Below are positions 44,201-53,444 of a stretch of DNA of 64,000 bases, piece by piece (position 1 is the first letter of the stretch; every line of letters begins with the position of its first letter). Made by a program: the position numbers and the translations under genes. Source of the DNA: Phycisphaerales bacterium (lineage in GTDB: Bacteria; Planctomycetota; Phycisphaerae; Phycisphaerales; UBA1924); assembly GCA_029260315.1 (NCBI GenBank), contig JAJDDM010000072.1, positions 1,357 through 65,356 of the forward strand, written 5' to 3'. The notes below the pieces were generated by a model. The model saw only the letters and a list, made by a program, of their open reading frames with translations, made no database searches and was not told where the DNA came from.

Positions 44201-45119
44201 GCACCGCGGCACGCGCCCCGGCGATCTCTACGACGAGCGGTTCGACCGCGAGGACCTCCAGGCATGGGATTTCGGCGAGCTACCCGTCTCGATTGAGGTA
44301 GATCGCGGCGGCATGGCGACGATCGCGCATCCCGCCCTGCTCGCTCGGGGCGGACACGTCGGTCTCGGGCTCGTCGAAGACGCGATCGACGCGCAGCGCC
44401 GTCATCGGGAAGGCCTGGTCGGGTTGCTTCGGATCGTGGCGGGCCAGGATCTGGAGAAGCTCACCCGCAAGCTCCCCGATCTCGATGAGCTGGGGGTGCT
44501 GTATGCGCCCTTGGGCGAGGCGAGCGAGATGCGTGACGATGCGCTCCGCCTGCTCATTGAGCACGCGGCGCTGGAGTCCGGCAAGACGCCGCGCGATGGC
44601 GAGGCCTTCGCGGCCTGCGTCGAGTCGCTTTGGGCGAACTTCAGCGAGGCCCGTTCGCGGGTGCTGCCGGTGCTCCGCACGATCCTGGTGCGCCGCCAGG
44701 AGGTCGCGCTGGAGTTGGAGCGCGATCGCCCGGGCGCCTGGGAGACGCCCATGCGCGATCTGCGGGCCCAGTTCGCGGCGTTCGCCGGACCTCGCTTCGT
44801 TCGGGGGCGATCGTTGGACACCCTGCGACAGTTCCCGCGTTACCTCGCGGGCATGTCGGCGCGGCTCACCAGGCTCGCCCGCGGCGGGTTCGAGCGCGAC
44901 CGCCAGGCCATGGAGGAGCTGTCCGAAGTCTTGCGCGAGTACGCGGCACTGCGTAAGTGCGACGACGCGACGCCGGCGTTTGCCCGGTCGTTGGGCGAGC
45001 TGCGGTGGCGCGTCGAGGAACTGCGTGTCGCTCTCTTTGCACAAGAGCTGGGCACCCGCGAGCCGGTGTCCGCCAAGCGCGTGCTCCGCGCGATCGAGCG
45101 GGCGCGTTCGAAGGAATGA
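41238..45119 (+). CDS. hrpA: ATP-dependent RNA helicase HrpA (DEAH box), 1293 aa
   Basis: GETGSGKSTQLPK, TQPRRIAARS, DEAHERSL, SATID, TNVAETSLTVPG and QRSGRCGR are present. It has the HrpA-typical length and C-terminal region. GTG start. Confidence 0.93.
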   Translation: MHRGLDQLASAIDRCMTADQIRLRGRLRSLRARARQKLPIDKGLAEIGEVMDASIARRERRERMLPTVRYPQDLPISERREEIAEAIRDHQVVVVAGETGSGKSTQLPKICMELGRGVAGLIAHTQPRRIAARSIAARLGEELRLGIGRGVGYKVRFSDKTSDHDFIRVLTDGMLLAETQGDRDLTRYDTIIIDEAHERSLNIDFLLGYLKHLLERRPELKVIVTSATIDTKRFSEHFSNAPIIEVSGRMYPVETRYRPPSEDFDERERMTKAILHAVDEFAELGEGDVLVFLPGEREIREAANALSRHHPPNTEILPLYARLSVEEQQRVFAPHRGRRIVIATNVAETSLTVPGIRFVVDSGTARISRYSHRTKVQRLEIEPISRASANQRSGRCGRIAPGTCIRLYDKDEFESRQEYTQPEILRSNLAGVILQMKSLKLGRVEKFPFVEPPDPKMIREGYRTLHELGAVDIEGELTEIGRQLSRLPIDPRIGRMILGSGDEDCVMEVLVIASALSIQDPRDRPADKRDQADAAHEPFVDDDSDFLTYMHLWEVFHERKKHLSHRKLAGWARTHFLSHARLREWEDVHRQLREIAGELGLHAERNAAEPEAIHRALLAGLISNVGRVDEGYEYQGTHGSRFHLFPGSTLFEEKPQWVMAAELVRTTRLYARTCAKIRPKWIERYAGDLVTKTHGPPRWDSRRARVVADERVSLYGLEVVPKREVHFGPINPEIAREVFIHNALVESDLRTRAPFMRHNKRLIEQISRLEDRLRRRDLLAERTQRFKFFDRIIPEDVFTGGEFERWRRIAEKKDPELLFLSEDDVLAATPSGDELRRFPEKISINGSTLPVRYRFEPNAGDDGVTVTVPADAFTSLEPKISDWSIPGLVREKVIDLIRTLPKEYRKQIGPAPEFVDAFLAGEPRRDLPIIESLTSFILKQTGTRVPEGVWMPVGVAEHLRINYRVVDDAGSVLAISRDPGEIRRAIRKHRGTRPGDLYDERFDREDLQAWDFGELPVSIEVDRGGMATIAHPALLARGGHVGLGLVEDAIDAQRRHREGLVGLLRIVAGQDLEKLTRKLPDLDELGVLYAPLGEASEMRDDALRLLIEHAALESGKTPRDGEAFAACVESLWANFSEARSRVLPVLRTILVRRQEVALELERDRPGAWETPMRDLRAQFAAFAGPRFVRGRSLDTLRQFPRYLAGMSARLTRLARGGFERDRQAMEELSEVLREYAALRKCDDATPAFARSLGELRWRVEELRVALFAQELGTREPVSAKRVLRAIERARSKE

Positions 45120-45140
45120 GCGCGTCGAGCCGAGAAAAAC

Positions 45141-45172
45141 GGCCCGCCGACCTTTCTGGATCGGCGGGCCGC
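45141..45172 (+). terminator. possible terminator hairpin after hrpA (no T-tract)
   Basis: CGGCCCGCCGA-cctttctgga-TCGGCGGGCCG forms an 11-bp stem. It is preceded by an A-run and not followed by a T-run. Confidence 0.35.
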
Positions 45173-45356
45173 TCACGAGGAGAGAGGAGGCCGCCCGCTT
45201 GCGTGCGGCTGCCCGCACACGAAGCGAAGAATACCGGAATCGGCGGATATCGGGCTCATCGGGCGACCCTGTCGGCTGACGTGTACCACGAGGATTCCGG
45301 GTTCACCATCGCAGATCGAGGACGATCGGATACGCTCGGAGGCAGAGAATCCAACG

Positions 45357-46442
45357 ATGAACGTGCTCCTCTTGATTGATGCCGACTTCGCCGCCCGCGA
45401 GCGGTCGATGCTTCGAAGGGTCGAGGTGGGCCTCGCCGACGAGGGCGTCTCAGTCCTGCACGCCCTGCCCCAGACCCCTCGCAGCGAGGAGACGATCCTG
45501 GCGGCCCGGGTCGTCACCTTCGCGCCGGATCGACTGGGGTGGACCGCGCGCAGCCGCACCCGCGCCTTTCTGAGTGAGATCGAGGCCAGGTATCCGGGTG
45601 AGCTGTTCGGCAAGATCGACGCGGTCCACGTCCTGGGGCGTCGCTGGTGGACGTTTGGGGCCAGCATCGCCCGCGAGCTGGACGCGGGGCTCGTGATCGA
45701 GATCTGGCGTCACGCCTCGATCGATCGCGCGGGCGCGTTGCACGCCAAGACGCCCACCGTGCTGCTCGCCTCGGACCCGGCGATCCATCGCGATATGGCC
45801 AAAGCCGGGCTCAGCGAGTCCGCGAGGCCCGGCTCGTGGGGCGTCTACGCCGCGCCCCGGCCCAACGCGATCCTGCCGACCGATCGGGCCTCGAGCGTCA
45901 TGATCCTCGGCGGACGGGGCGATCTGGGCGCGATCGAACGCACGCTCCAGGGGATCGCCCACGGCACGCCCAATGACGACCTGATGATCTTCATCGACGC
46001 CCGCCTTGCGCCCAAGACCCACCTGTGGCGCTGCGCCCGCGAACTCAAGTTGCTCAACCGGCTCTCGATCATCGAGGACATGGAGGGCGAGCGTGATCTG
46101 GTGCTCGCCGGCGACATCCTACTCATCCCCTCGCCCGACGGTGAGAACCGTTCGATCGTGCTGGACGCGATGGGGCACGGCATGCTGGTGATCGCCCCGC
46201 GCGACCCGGCGATCGAGGTCCTGGACGACCCCTCGATCGCGCGATTGCTGCCCGACCCGACGCCCGATGCCTGGTCGGGCGCGACCGCCAACGCCCTCTC
46301 CGACCGCGAGCAAGCGGCACAGACCGGCACCCGCGCCTGGGAGTTCGTGCGCGAGCGCCGCAAGGGCGCGGCCCACGTCGCCTCGATCATCGACGCCTAC
46401 GAATGGCTGACCTCCTCGAACCCACTGCCGTTCGAGACCTGA
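45357..46442 (+). CDS. glycosyltransferase-like protein (GT-B fold, family 4-like)
   Basis: The N-terminus MNVLLLIDADF and the C-terminal half (DILLIPSPDGENRSIVLDAMGHGMLVIAPRD) resemble the GT1/GT4 sugar-donor domain. The assignment is tentative. Confidence 0.6.
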   Translation: MNVLLLIDADFAARERSMLRRVEVGLADEGVSVLHALPQTPRSEETILAARVVTFAPDRLGWTARSRTRAFLSEIEARYPGELFGKIDAVHVLGRRWWTFGASIARELDAGLVIEIWRHASIDRAGALHAKTPTVLLASDPAIHRDMAKAGLSESARPGSWGVYAAPRPNAILPTDRASSVMILGGRGDLGAIERTLQGIAHGTPNDDLMIFIDARLAPKTHLWRCARELKLLNRLSIIEDMEGERDLVLAGDILLIPSPDGENRSIVLDAMGHGMLVIAPRDPAIEVLDDPSIARLLPDPTPDAWSGATANALSDREQAAQTGTRAWEFVRERRKGAAHVASIIDAYEWLTSSNPLPFET

Positions 46443-46502
46443 GCCCATCGCCGTCCGATAGCGCCGCGCACGACGGCTCATAACTCTCGCAATCGCCACG
46501 AT

Positions 46503-46528
46503 CCGCCTGTAGACAGGCGGTTTTGCTT
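46503..46528 (+). terminator. rho-independent terminator
   Basis: CCGCCTGT-ag-ACAGGCGG is followed by TTTTGCTT. Confidence 0.75.
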
Positions 46529-46623
46529 GAGTTCGCTCAAGGTCGCTGGCAAACTGGAGTGTGAAGCCCGCCCCGCGTGGCGGAAAGAGCAAGAACGCGC
46601 AGAGCAGAAAGAAGAGGACCGAC

Positions 46624-47250
46624 ATGTTGACCGCAGCCGTAGCGATCTCGATCAGCGCAACCGCCCAGTTTCAATACCTGGGATATGGCGCCGAAGACAG
46701 CCGCACGCTGGCGACCCAGGCCCCGTATGTGACCGACGTCGCGATCAACGGCGCGTGGCATCCCCAGATCGGGCGCGAGTACCACACGCTCGTGTGGCGC
46801 AAAGGCCAGCCGGTCGGCCTGCACGGCTGGAACCGTCCCGGCCCCGACGCCTACGGCGCGCACCAGGACGACTACTCGCTGTACTACGCCCGCGTCGGCA
46901 ACGTCGTCGTGAGCGCCAGCCCCTGGGTCCACGTCAACGACGACTCGGGCCTCCAGCGCGTCGAGCGGGCACGCCAGACGTGGCTCCGCGAGCAGGGCTA
47001 CACCGGCGGCACGCGGACCTTCCGCAACCACCGCTACACCTCCCACGCCAGCATGGGCTCGCTCGAGAATCAGGGCGACTGGAACAAGATCACGATCCAG
47101 CTGCCCAAGCGTCCGCGCTTTGAGGTGAACGCGGGCGAGGACGCACAGCCGCAGCAGGCCCCCAGGGTAGTTGTTGCCCGGGCCGATGACGCCCGCATCG
47201 TCGTGCGTCGCGAAACCAACGAAACCACCGCGATCACGCGGGCGGACTGA
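46624..47250 (+). CDS. hypothetical protein (probably secreted)
   Basis: ORF 46561..47250. ATG 46624 gives MLTAAVAISISATAQ. No family recognised. Confidence 0.55.
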   Translation: MLTAAVAISISATAQFQYLGYGAEDSRTLATQAPYVTDVAINGAWHPQIGREYHTLVWRKGQPVGLHGWNRPGPDAYGAHQDDYSLYYARVGNVVVSASPWVHVNDDSGLQRVERARQTWLREQGYTGGTRTFRNHRYTSHASMGSLENQGDWNKITIQLPKRPRFEVNAGEDAQPQQAPRVVVARADDARIVVRRETNETTAITRAD

Positions 47251-47300
47251 ACCGACATCTCTTCCCGAGCCTGGCGGCCCGCCTCGCGTATCCTGCGAGC

Positions 47301-48794
47301 GTGGGCCGCCTTCCGTTTGATCCCGAAAAGATGGCCGCGAAGAAGTCGCGGGCCGAGCGCCCGCTGACCGTCAGCGAGCTCGCCGCCCGCGTCGACGGCA
47401 CACTCAAACGCGCGATGGGCGATCCCGTGCGGGTCGTCGGCGAGGTCTCTGGCTTCCGTGACCGGACACACTGGTACTTCGATCTCAAGGACGCCGCGGC
47501 TGTGATCTCCTGCGTCGTCTTCGCCTCATCCGCCCGCAAGCTCAAGATCCGACCCGAGGACGGGCTGGAGGTGATCGCCCGCGGTCGCGTCGAGTTCTGG
47601 GCCAAGGGCGGCAAGCTCTCCCTGCTCTGCGACACGCTCGAACCCGTCGGCGAAGGAGCGATCGACCTGGCCTTTCGCAAGCTCTGCGACGAGCTGCGAG
47701 CCCTGCGGTGGTTTGACCAATCCCGCAAGCGACCTCTGCCGCTGTTCCCCCGGCGCGTCGCGATCGTCACCAGCGAGACCGGGGCCGCGCTCCAGGATGT
47801 CCTCGACACCGCCCGCAAGCGATGTCCCGCCGTCGATCTGGACATCGTCGATGTCCGCGTCCAGGGCGAGTCCGCCGCGCCCGAGATCACCCGGGCCATC
47901 GATCGGCTCAGCGCAATCGGACCAGGCCTCGGCATCGACGCGATCATCCTCACCCGCGGCGGCGGCTCCAAAGAAGACCTCTGGGCGTTCAACGAGCGCG
48001 ACGCCGCACGGGCGATCCATGAGTGTTCCCTGCCCATCGTCGCGGCGATCGGGCACGAATCGGACACGACCATCGCCGAACTGGTTGCGGATCTGCGCTG
48101 CGCGACGCCGACCCAGGCCGCCGTCGCGGTGATTCCCGATCGCGAAGCTCTGGCTCGCCAGCTCGACAGCCAGCGACGCACGCTCCAGGCGGATATGAAC
48201 CGCCGGCTCGATCTGGTCCGCCGAAGGATCGACGCGGCACGGGCTCGCCCGTGGATGCGCGACCCCCGCCGCCTGCTCGATCACATCGGCGAGCGCGTTC
48301 ACGAGCGGGCCAAGACCCTGCAAAGGGTGCTCAATCTGAGACTGAGATCTTCCCGCTCACGCCTCGACCGCCTCGCGGTGCGTCTCGATGCGCACCGACC
48401 GGCGATCATCCACGCCCGCTTGCAGGCACGCGTCGAGGCGGGCCGACACGATCTGGAACGGGCGATGGCAAGGCGGCTGACCGACGCGCGCTGGCGGATC
48501 CGCTCCGGCGAGCGCGAGATCGAGGCGATCGCACCCCATCGTGTGCTCGATCGTGGCTTCTCATGGACCACCACGGGCGAGGGACGCCTGATCCGCGCCG
48601 CGGCCAGCGTCGCGCCGGGCGAGATCATCCGCACGCGCGTCGCCTCGGGCGAGATCATCTCGACCGTAAACAAGGGCGATGGCGGCGCCCACGGATCCGA
48701 CGCACCCGCGGCCGATTCTCCCCGTTCTTCGAAGCCATCGAATCCCCGCCCTCGAAGCACGCCCCCGCGACCCGACCAGATGGACCTGTTCTGA
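47301..48794 (+). CDS. xseA: exodeoxyribonuclease VII large subunit
   Basis: An OB-fold N-terminus (VRVVGEVSGFRDRTHWYFDLKD), RVAIVTSETGAALQD, LTRGGGSKEDLWAFN and IGHESDTTIAELVAD are present. Confidence 0.9.
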   Translation: MGRLPFDPEKMAAKKSRAERPLTVSELAARVDGTLKRAMGDPVRVVGEVSGFRDRTHWYFDLKDAAAVISCVVFASSARKLKIRPEDGLEVIARGRVEFWAKGGKLSLLCDTLEPVGEGAIDLAFRKLCDELRALRWFDQSRKRPLPLFPRRVAIVTSETGAALQDVLDTARKRCPAVDLDIVDVRVQGESAAPEITRAIDRLSAIGPGLGIDAIILTRGGGSKEDLWAFNERDAARAIHECSLPIVAAIGHESDTTIAELVADLRCATPTQAAVAVIPDREALARQLDSQRRTLQADMNRRLDLVRRRIDAARARPWMRDPRRLLDHIGERVHERAKTLQRVLNLRLRSSRSRLDRLAVRLDAHRPAIIHARLQARVEAGRHDLERAMARRLTDARWRIRSGEREIEAIAPHRVLDRGFSWTTTGEGRLIRAAASVAPGEIIRTRVASGEIISTVNKGDGGAHGSDAPAADSPRSSKPSNPRPRSTPPRPDQMDLF

Positions 48795-48816
48795 TCGCGC
48801 GGCTACCTTCCGCATC

Positions 48817-49095
48817 ATGGCAGAGCCTCCCGCCAACCCGATAGATCCCGCCAGCGAGCTTGGCTTCGAGGAGGCGATGGATCGGCTGGAGCGGATCATC
48901 GAGCGGATCGAGTCGGGCGAGGCGGGCCTGGAGGAGTCGATTCGCGAGTACGAGGCCGGGGCGAAGCTGTTGAAACGCTGCCGGGCGATCCTGGAGCGTG
49001 CCGAGCAGCGGGTCGCGAAGCTCGATCTCGAGTCGCTCGATCCGGGCGAGGGCTCAACCGGGACGCCTCGGGGGCCCGATGATGGCGATTCCTGA
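48817..49095 (+). CDS. xseB: exodeoxyribonuclease VII small subunit
   Basis: Internal ATG of ORF 48679..49095. FEEAMDRLERIIERIESGEAGLEESIREYEAGAKLLKRC is typical XseB. Confidence 0.88.
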   Translation: MAEPPANPIDPASELGFEEAMDRLERIIERIESGEAGLEESIREYEAGAKLLKRCRAILERAEQRVAKLDLESLDPGEGSTGTPRGPDDGDS

Positions 49096-49110
49096 GCGTC
49101 GAGGGCCCTT

Positions 49111-50793
49111 GTGCAGCAACACCAGCTTCTGATCCTCTGGCTGGAGCTCATCAAGCTCCTGTTCGTCTTCAGCCTCGGCGCCTGCATCGGCTCGCTCACC
49201 AACGTCCTCGTCTACCGCATGCCCCTGGGCCTCAACGTCGTCACACCCAGCTCGCGCTGTCCAAAGTGTCAGACCAAGCTCCGCTGGAACGACAACATCC
49301 CCATTCTCGGCTGGCTCGCCCTGCGCGGGCGCTGCCGATACTGCAAGGTCCGCATCTCGCCCGAATATCCGATCGTCGAGCTCATCGGCGGATTGCTCTT
49401 CGCCCTGCCGTTCTTTCTTTTCTACACGATCCTCCAGTTCCCGGTCATGGGGCTGGGCACCGAGTGGCTCGGCATCGACTGGGCGATGCTCGCCCCGGAA
49501 TGGACGGCGCGCGGCATCGGCCTCCAGTACTCCTGGCCCATCTTCCTCGTCGTGCTCGTGCTACTCGGCTGCCTGCTGCCAGCGACGATCATCGACGCGC
49601 GGACGTTCATGATCCCGCTGATCCTGACCTGGATCCCCGCCGTCGCCGCGGTCGCGATTTTGCCCGCGACCGCGGCGTGGCACGAGGCCGTGCAATCGAC
49701 AACCAGCAGGAGATTCCTCTGGGCCGATGGCTGGTCGTGGGCCATCGCCTCGCCCGGTCCGACGGGCTGGAAATGGGTCGGCGGCGCGATCGGGGCGACC
49801 GTCGGCCTTGGTGTCAGCCTGATTCTGCTCAAGGTGGGGCTGCTCAAGCGGAGCTTCGCCGACTACGACGAGTGGGAGAAAAAGGCTCTCGCCGAACTGG
49901 AAGGAGAAGATACCGCGTCGGGATCCTCCTCATCGGACGGCGCATCCGAGAGCGCGGATGTGAAGAACGAGGGCGCTGAAGACGAACACCCTTCGCCCCA
50001 GGCGTCCGGCGAGCCCTCCCCCGACGAAACTGAACCCGCACGCTCGCCCCACGCGATCGTCTCCACCGCGATCGTTCTGCTCTGCGCCGTCGGCGGGACG
50101 CAAGTCGCGAGAGCCCTCGGCTTGATCCCATTCGTCGGCCTGCTCGCCGGCGTCCTCATCGGCCCCATCCTGGCCGGCGTCGTCCATCGCCTGCGCACCA
50201 GCTCGAATGCCAACGAACAGGAGTCCGATGAGTCGCCCGCGTCCATGTGGCTGGCCTATCCCCACGCCCGGCGCGAGACGATCCGTGAACTCTCGTTCCT
50301 CGGCGTGCCCGCCCTGCTCGCCCTCGCTGGCTGGATCATCGTCCCCAAGCTCGCCGGCCCCTGGCAGACCGATCCGACAACATTTCAACAAATCCCCGCC
50401 CACCTCGTCCCGCTCTGGCTGGACGTCCTCGCCGGCGTCCTGCTCGGCTATCTCGTCGCCGGGGGTGTCGTCTGGGCGGTCCGCATCCTCGGCAGCCTCA
50501 GCTTCGGCAAGGAGGCCATGGGCCTGGGCGATGTCCACCTCATGGCCGGCGTCGGGGCCTGCCTCGGCTGGATCGATCCCACCCTCGCCTTCTTCCTCGC
50601 CGCCTTCGTAGCGCTCTATCTGACGCTCGTGGGTGTCATCTGGGCCGGAGAGGGACGCCGGGCGATGCCGTTCGGGCCGGCCCTGGTCGTCGCCACCCTG
50701 CTCATCTTCCTGGGCAAGGCGGGCGTCGAGGTGGGGATCAACAAGTGGCTGGGACGCACGCCGCAGGACCAGAACATGATCGATCTGCCCTGA
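49111..50793 (+). CDS. A24 family prepilin peptidase, unusually long (560 aa)
   Basis: An N-terminal CPKC...CRYC zinc-finger region. The first catalytic Asp context is TIIDARTFMIPL and the second is AMGLGDVHLMAGVGACLG. They are separated by about 310 residues. Confidence 0.85.
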   Translation: MQQHQLLILWLELIKLLFVFSLGACIGSLTNVLVYRMPLGLNVVTPSSRCPKCQTKLRWNDNIPILGWLALRGRCRYCKVRISPEYPIVELIGGLLFALPFFLFYTILQFPVMGLGTEWLGIDWAMLAPEWTARGIGLQYSWPIFLVVLVLLGCLLPATIIDARTFMIPLILTWIPAVAAVAILPATAAWHEAVQSTTSRRFLWADGWSWAIASPGPTGWKWVGGAIGATVGLGVSLILLKVGLLKRSFADYDEWEKKALAELEGEDTASGSSSSDGASESADVKNEGAEDEHPSPQASGEPSPDETEPARSPHAIVSTAIVLLCAVGGTQVARALGLIPFVGLLAGVLIGPILAGVVHRLRTSSNANEQESDESPASMWLAYPHARRETIRELSFLGVPALLALAGWIIVPKLAGPWQTDPTTFQQIPAHLVPLWLDVLAGVLLGYLVAGGVVWAVRILGSLSFGKEAMGLGDVHLMAGVGACLGWIDPTLAFFLAAFVALYLTLVGVIWAGEGRRAMPFGPALVVATLLIFLGKAGVEVGINKWLGRTPQDQNMIDLP

Positions 50794-50883
50794 CGGTTCG
50801 CCCCGAACCGCCCGACTCTGCTACATTACTGCACGGATCGGCGGAGCCGAGCCCGCACACGCAGATGACCTGCGCGTGCTTGC

Positions 50884-51564
50884 ATGGAGGCACGAAAGAT
50901 GGACCGGAAACAGACTGCGCGTTGGGCAATGGCGATGGCGGCGGTGGGGGCTCTCCTCGGCGGCTGCAATAGCGCCAACAGAACCAAGTACAACCTCGCC
51001 CTCCAGGAGAACCAGGAACTCCGCCAGCGCGTCGTCGCGCTGCAATCAGCCAAGGAGGCCAGCGACGAGCGAGCGGTCGCCGCCCAGCGCGAGGCCGACG
51101 AGCTGGCCCAGGCGCTCCGCGACGCGCAGAACGAGCTGGAGACCCAGCCGACCGGCAACGTGAGCGGTCTCGGCAATCTGCCGCCCGGCGTGACCGTGTC
51201 CTCGCGAGGCAGCGACGTGGTCGTCACCGTCGCGGGCGACGTTCTGTTCGACTCGGGCAAGGCGACGCTCAAGGACAGCGCCAAGCGCGACCTGGATCGC
51301 CTCACCCGCACGCTCAACCAGCGCTTCCCCACCAACCTCATCCGCGTCGAGGGCTACACGGACACCGACCCCATCAAGAAGAGCGGCTGGAAATCCAACG
51401 AGCACCTGAGCGCCGAACGCGCCCTTGCCGTCGAACGCGCCCTCGTCTCCGGCGGCATCGGCAACGACCGCGTCTACTCCGCCGCGTTCGGCCCCTCGCG
51501 CGCCAAGGGCAGCAAGCAGGAGAGCCGGCGCGTCGAGATCGTCGTGCTCGCTCCGGAGTATTGA
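50884..51564 (+). CDS. OmpA family lipoprotein (peptidoglycan-associated)
   Basis: Lipobox LLGGCNS, a coiled-coil region, then an OmpA-like block IRVEGYTDTDPI...NEHLSAERALAV...RRVEIVVL. Confidence 0.85.
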   Translation: MEARKMDRKQTARWAMAMAAVGALLGGCNSANRTKYNLALQENQELRQRVVALQSAKEASDERAVAAQREADELAQALRDAQNELETQPTGNVSGLGNLPPGVTVSSRGSDVVVTVAGDVLFDSGKATLKDSAKRDLDRLTRTLNQRFPTNLIRVEGYTDTDPIKKSGWKSNEHLSAERALAVERALVSGGIGNDRVYSAAFGPSRAKGSKQESRRVEIVVLAPEY

Positions 51565-51589
51565 GCCCTTCGCGAACCCGTTCGCTCTC

Positions 51590-51616
51590 GACCCCGCGAT
51601 TCGCGGGGTCTTTGCT
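51590..51616 (+). terminator. rho-independent terminator
   Basis: GACCCCGCG-att-CGCGGGGTC is followed by TTTGCTG. Confidence 0.7.
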
Positions 51617-51750
51617 GCGCATCGATTCTTCGATCCGGTGAATCCACCTTCTCGCATCGCCGAAAGCGATTCTCAACGGTGGGCGTGAGGCTCGCTCACC
51701 TCCGAGAACGCGGATGAACAAAGAGCCCGAAGACGGGCGAGGAGCTATCG

Positions 51751-52710
51751 ATGCGCAAGGGCTTTGCAATGATACTGGCTTCGGGCGGCGTGCTGGCCGC
51801 GGGTGCGCTGGCGGCGATGACGGCCGAGCGGGGGTCCGCTTCCCAGACATGCTCAAGCAGCACCCTCACGATGAATGTCGCCGAGGGCAAGGCAGATATC
51901 GTCGACACCGCCGTCGCCGCGGGCGACTTCAAGACGCTGGTCAAGGCCGTCAAGGCCGCCGATCTTGTCGGGGCGCTCAAGAGCAAGGGGCCGTTCACGG
52001 TCTTTGCGCCCAACGACGCGGCATTCGCCAAGGTGCCGTCCAGCGCCCTCAACAGCCTGCTCCAGCCGCAGAACAAGGAGGCTCTCCGGGGCGTGCTGAC
52101 CTACCACGTCGTTGCCGGCTCGCTCGAGGCATCGGACGTCGCCAGCCGCACCAGCGTCACCACGCTCAACGGCCAGCGTCTGGACGTCAACACCCGCGAC
52201 GGCAACGTCTTTGTCGATGGCGCCCGCGTGATCGCGACGAACATCCAGTGCGACAACGGCGTCATCCACGTCATCGACTCGGTCGTGATGCCCAAATCCG
52301 ACAACATCGTCTCGACCGCCCAGAGCGCCGGGAGCTTTGGCACGCTCCTCGCCGCCGCCGAGGCCGCCGGCCTCGCGGGCCCGCTCGCGGGCGACGGGCC
52401 GTTCACCGTCTTCGCGCCGACCGACGACGCCTTCGCGGCCCTGCCCAAGGGCACCGTCGAGTCGCTGCTCAAGCCCGAGAACAAGGCCAAGCTGGCCGCG
52501 ATCCTGAAGTACCATGTGGTGCCCGGTCGCGTGTACTCCAGCGACGCTCTCAGCGCGCAGTCCGCCGAGACCCTCCAGGGCCAGCGCGTGCGCGTCGTGC
52601 TGAAGGACGGACAACTCCGCGTCAACAACGCGAACATCATCGCCAACGACATCGAGGCGAGCAACGGCGTGATCCATGTGATCGATCGCGTCATCCTGCC
52701 CGCCATGTAG
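51751..52710 (+). CDS. fasciclin (FAS1) domain protein, two domains
   Basis: [50 protein letters not shown] and a second copy ([16 protein letters not shown]...[13 protein letters not shown]...LKYHVV) are present. Signal peptide present. Confidence 0.88.
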   Translation: MRKGFAMILASGGVLAAGALAAMTAERGSASQTCSSSTLTMNVAEGKADIVDTAVAAGDFKTLVKAVKAADLVGALKSKGPFTVFAPNDAAFAKVPSSALNSLLQPQNKEALRGVLTYHVVAGSLEASDVASRTSVTTLNGQRLDVNTRDGNVFVDGARVIATNIQCDNGVIHVIDSVVMPKSDNIVSTAQSAGSFGTLLAAAEAAGLAGPLAGDGPFTVFAPTDDAFAALPKGTVESLLKPENKAKLAAILKYHVVPGRVYSSDALSAQSAETLQGQRVRVVLKDGQLRVNNANIIANDIEASNGVIHVIDRVILPAM

Positions 52711-52725
52711 GAACCCCATTCGCAC

Positions 52726-52762
52726 GGCGCTGCCGCCTTCGCTGGCGGTGGCGCCCTTTTTC
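52726..52762 (+). terminator. rho-independent terminator
   Basis: GGCGCTGCCGCC-ttcgct-GGCGGTGGCGCC is followed by CTTTTT. Confidence 0.75.
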
Positions 52763-52865
52763 CATGGACTGCTCTGTCCCGACATCCCGCCATGTGCGAT
52801 CGGACGGGACGGAAGCGCTGCGGATCAGCATGCACGTTGGATCGTCCGGCTACCATCCCGACGCA

Positions 52866-53444
52866 ATGAGCCGAGCGGTGCCAGCCAGCCAAGCCATGTC
52901 CTCGAAGGATCGTGGCGAGCCGGTGTTGCCGCGCGTCGCCGCCGGCGAGCGGGCCGCCATGCGCGAGTGCATGGAGCGATACAGCGGGCTCGTCTGGTCT
53001 CTCGCCCGCCGCCAACTGGCCTCGCCATCCGAAGCCGAGGACGCGGTGCAGGACATCTTTCTCGACGTCTGGAAGAGCGCCGCCCGCTTCGACGGCGCGA
53101 TCGCCTCCGAGGTCACCTTCATCGCCATGATCGCGCGGCGAAGACTCATCGACCGCCGCAGAAGAGTCGCCGGATCCAAGGAGAAGACGGTCCTCGAAGA
53201 CACCGCGCCACCCGCGGCGAGCCAGTCCAATGCCGACAACGCCGACGATGTCTCCTCGGCCGTCAGCGCGTTCGCCAAGCTCAGCGACGATCAGCAGCGG
53301 GTGCTGCGCCTGTCCATCCAGCAGGGCCTCAGCCACGAGAGGATCGCCGGCGTCACGGGCATGCCCTTGGGCACCGTCAAGACCCACGCCCGCCGCGGCC
53401 TGATCAAGCTGCGCGAGCTGGTCGCTTCCGGAGGTGACTCGTGA
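52866..53444 (+). CDS. ECF-type RNA polymerase sigma-70 factor
   Basis: This is the 3' third of ORF 51714..53444. Region 2 contains DAVQDIFLDVWKSAARF. Region 4 contains LSDDQQRVLRLSIQQGLSHERIAGVTGMPLGTVKTHARRGL. The start is ATG 52866 or 52896. Confidence 0.85.
   Translation: MSRAVPASQAMSSKDRGEPVLPRVAAGERAAMRECMERYSGLVWSLARRQLASPSEAEDAVQDIFLDVWKSAARFDGAIASEVTFIAMIARRRLIDRRRRVAGSKEKTVLEDTAPPAASQSNADNADDVSSAVSAFAKLSDDQQRVLRLSIQQGLSHERIAGVTGMPLGTVKTHARRGLIKLRELVASGGDS

Noticed and set aside
51714-52865. The first two-thirds of the 576-aa ORF 51714..53444.
   Set aside because: It is an alternate frame over the fasciclin gene and its terminator. The sigma-70 ECF homology starts only near 52866.
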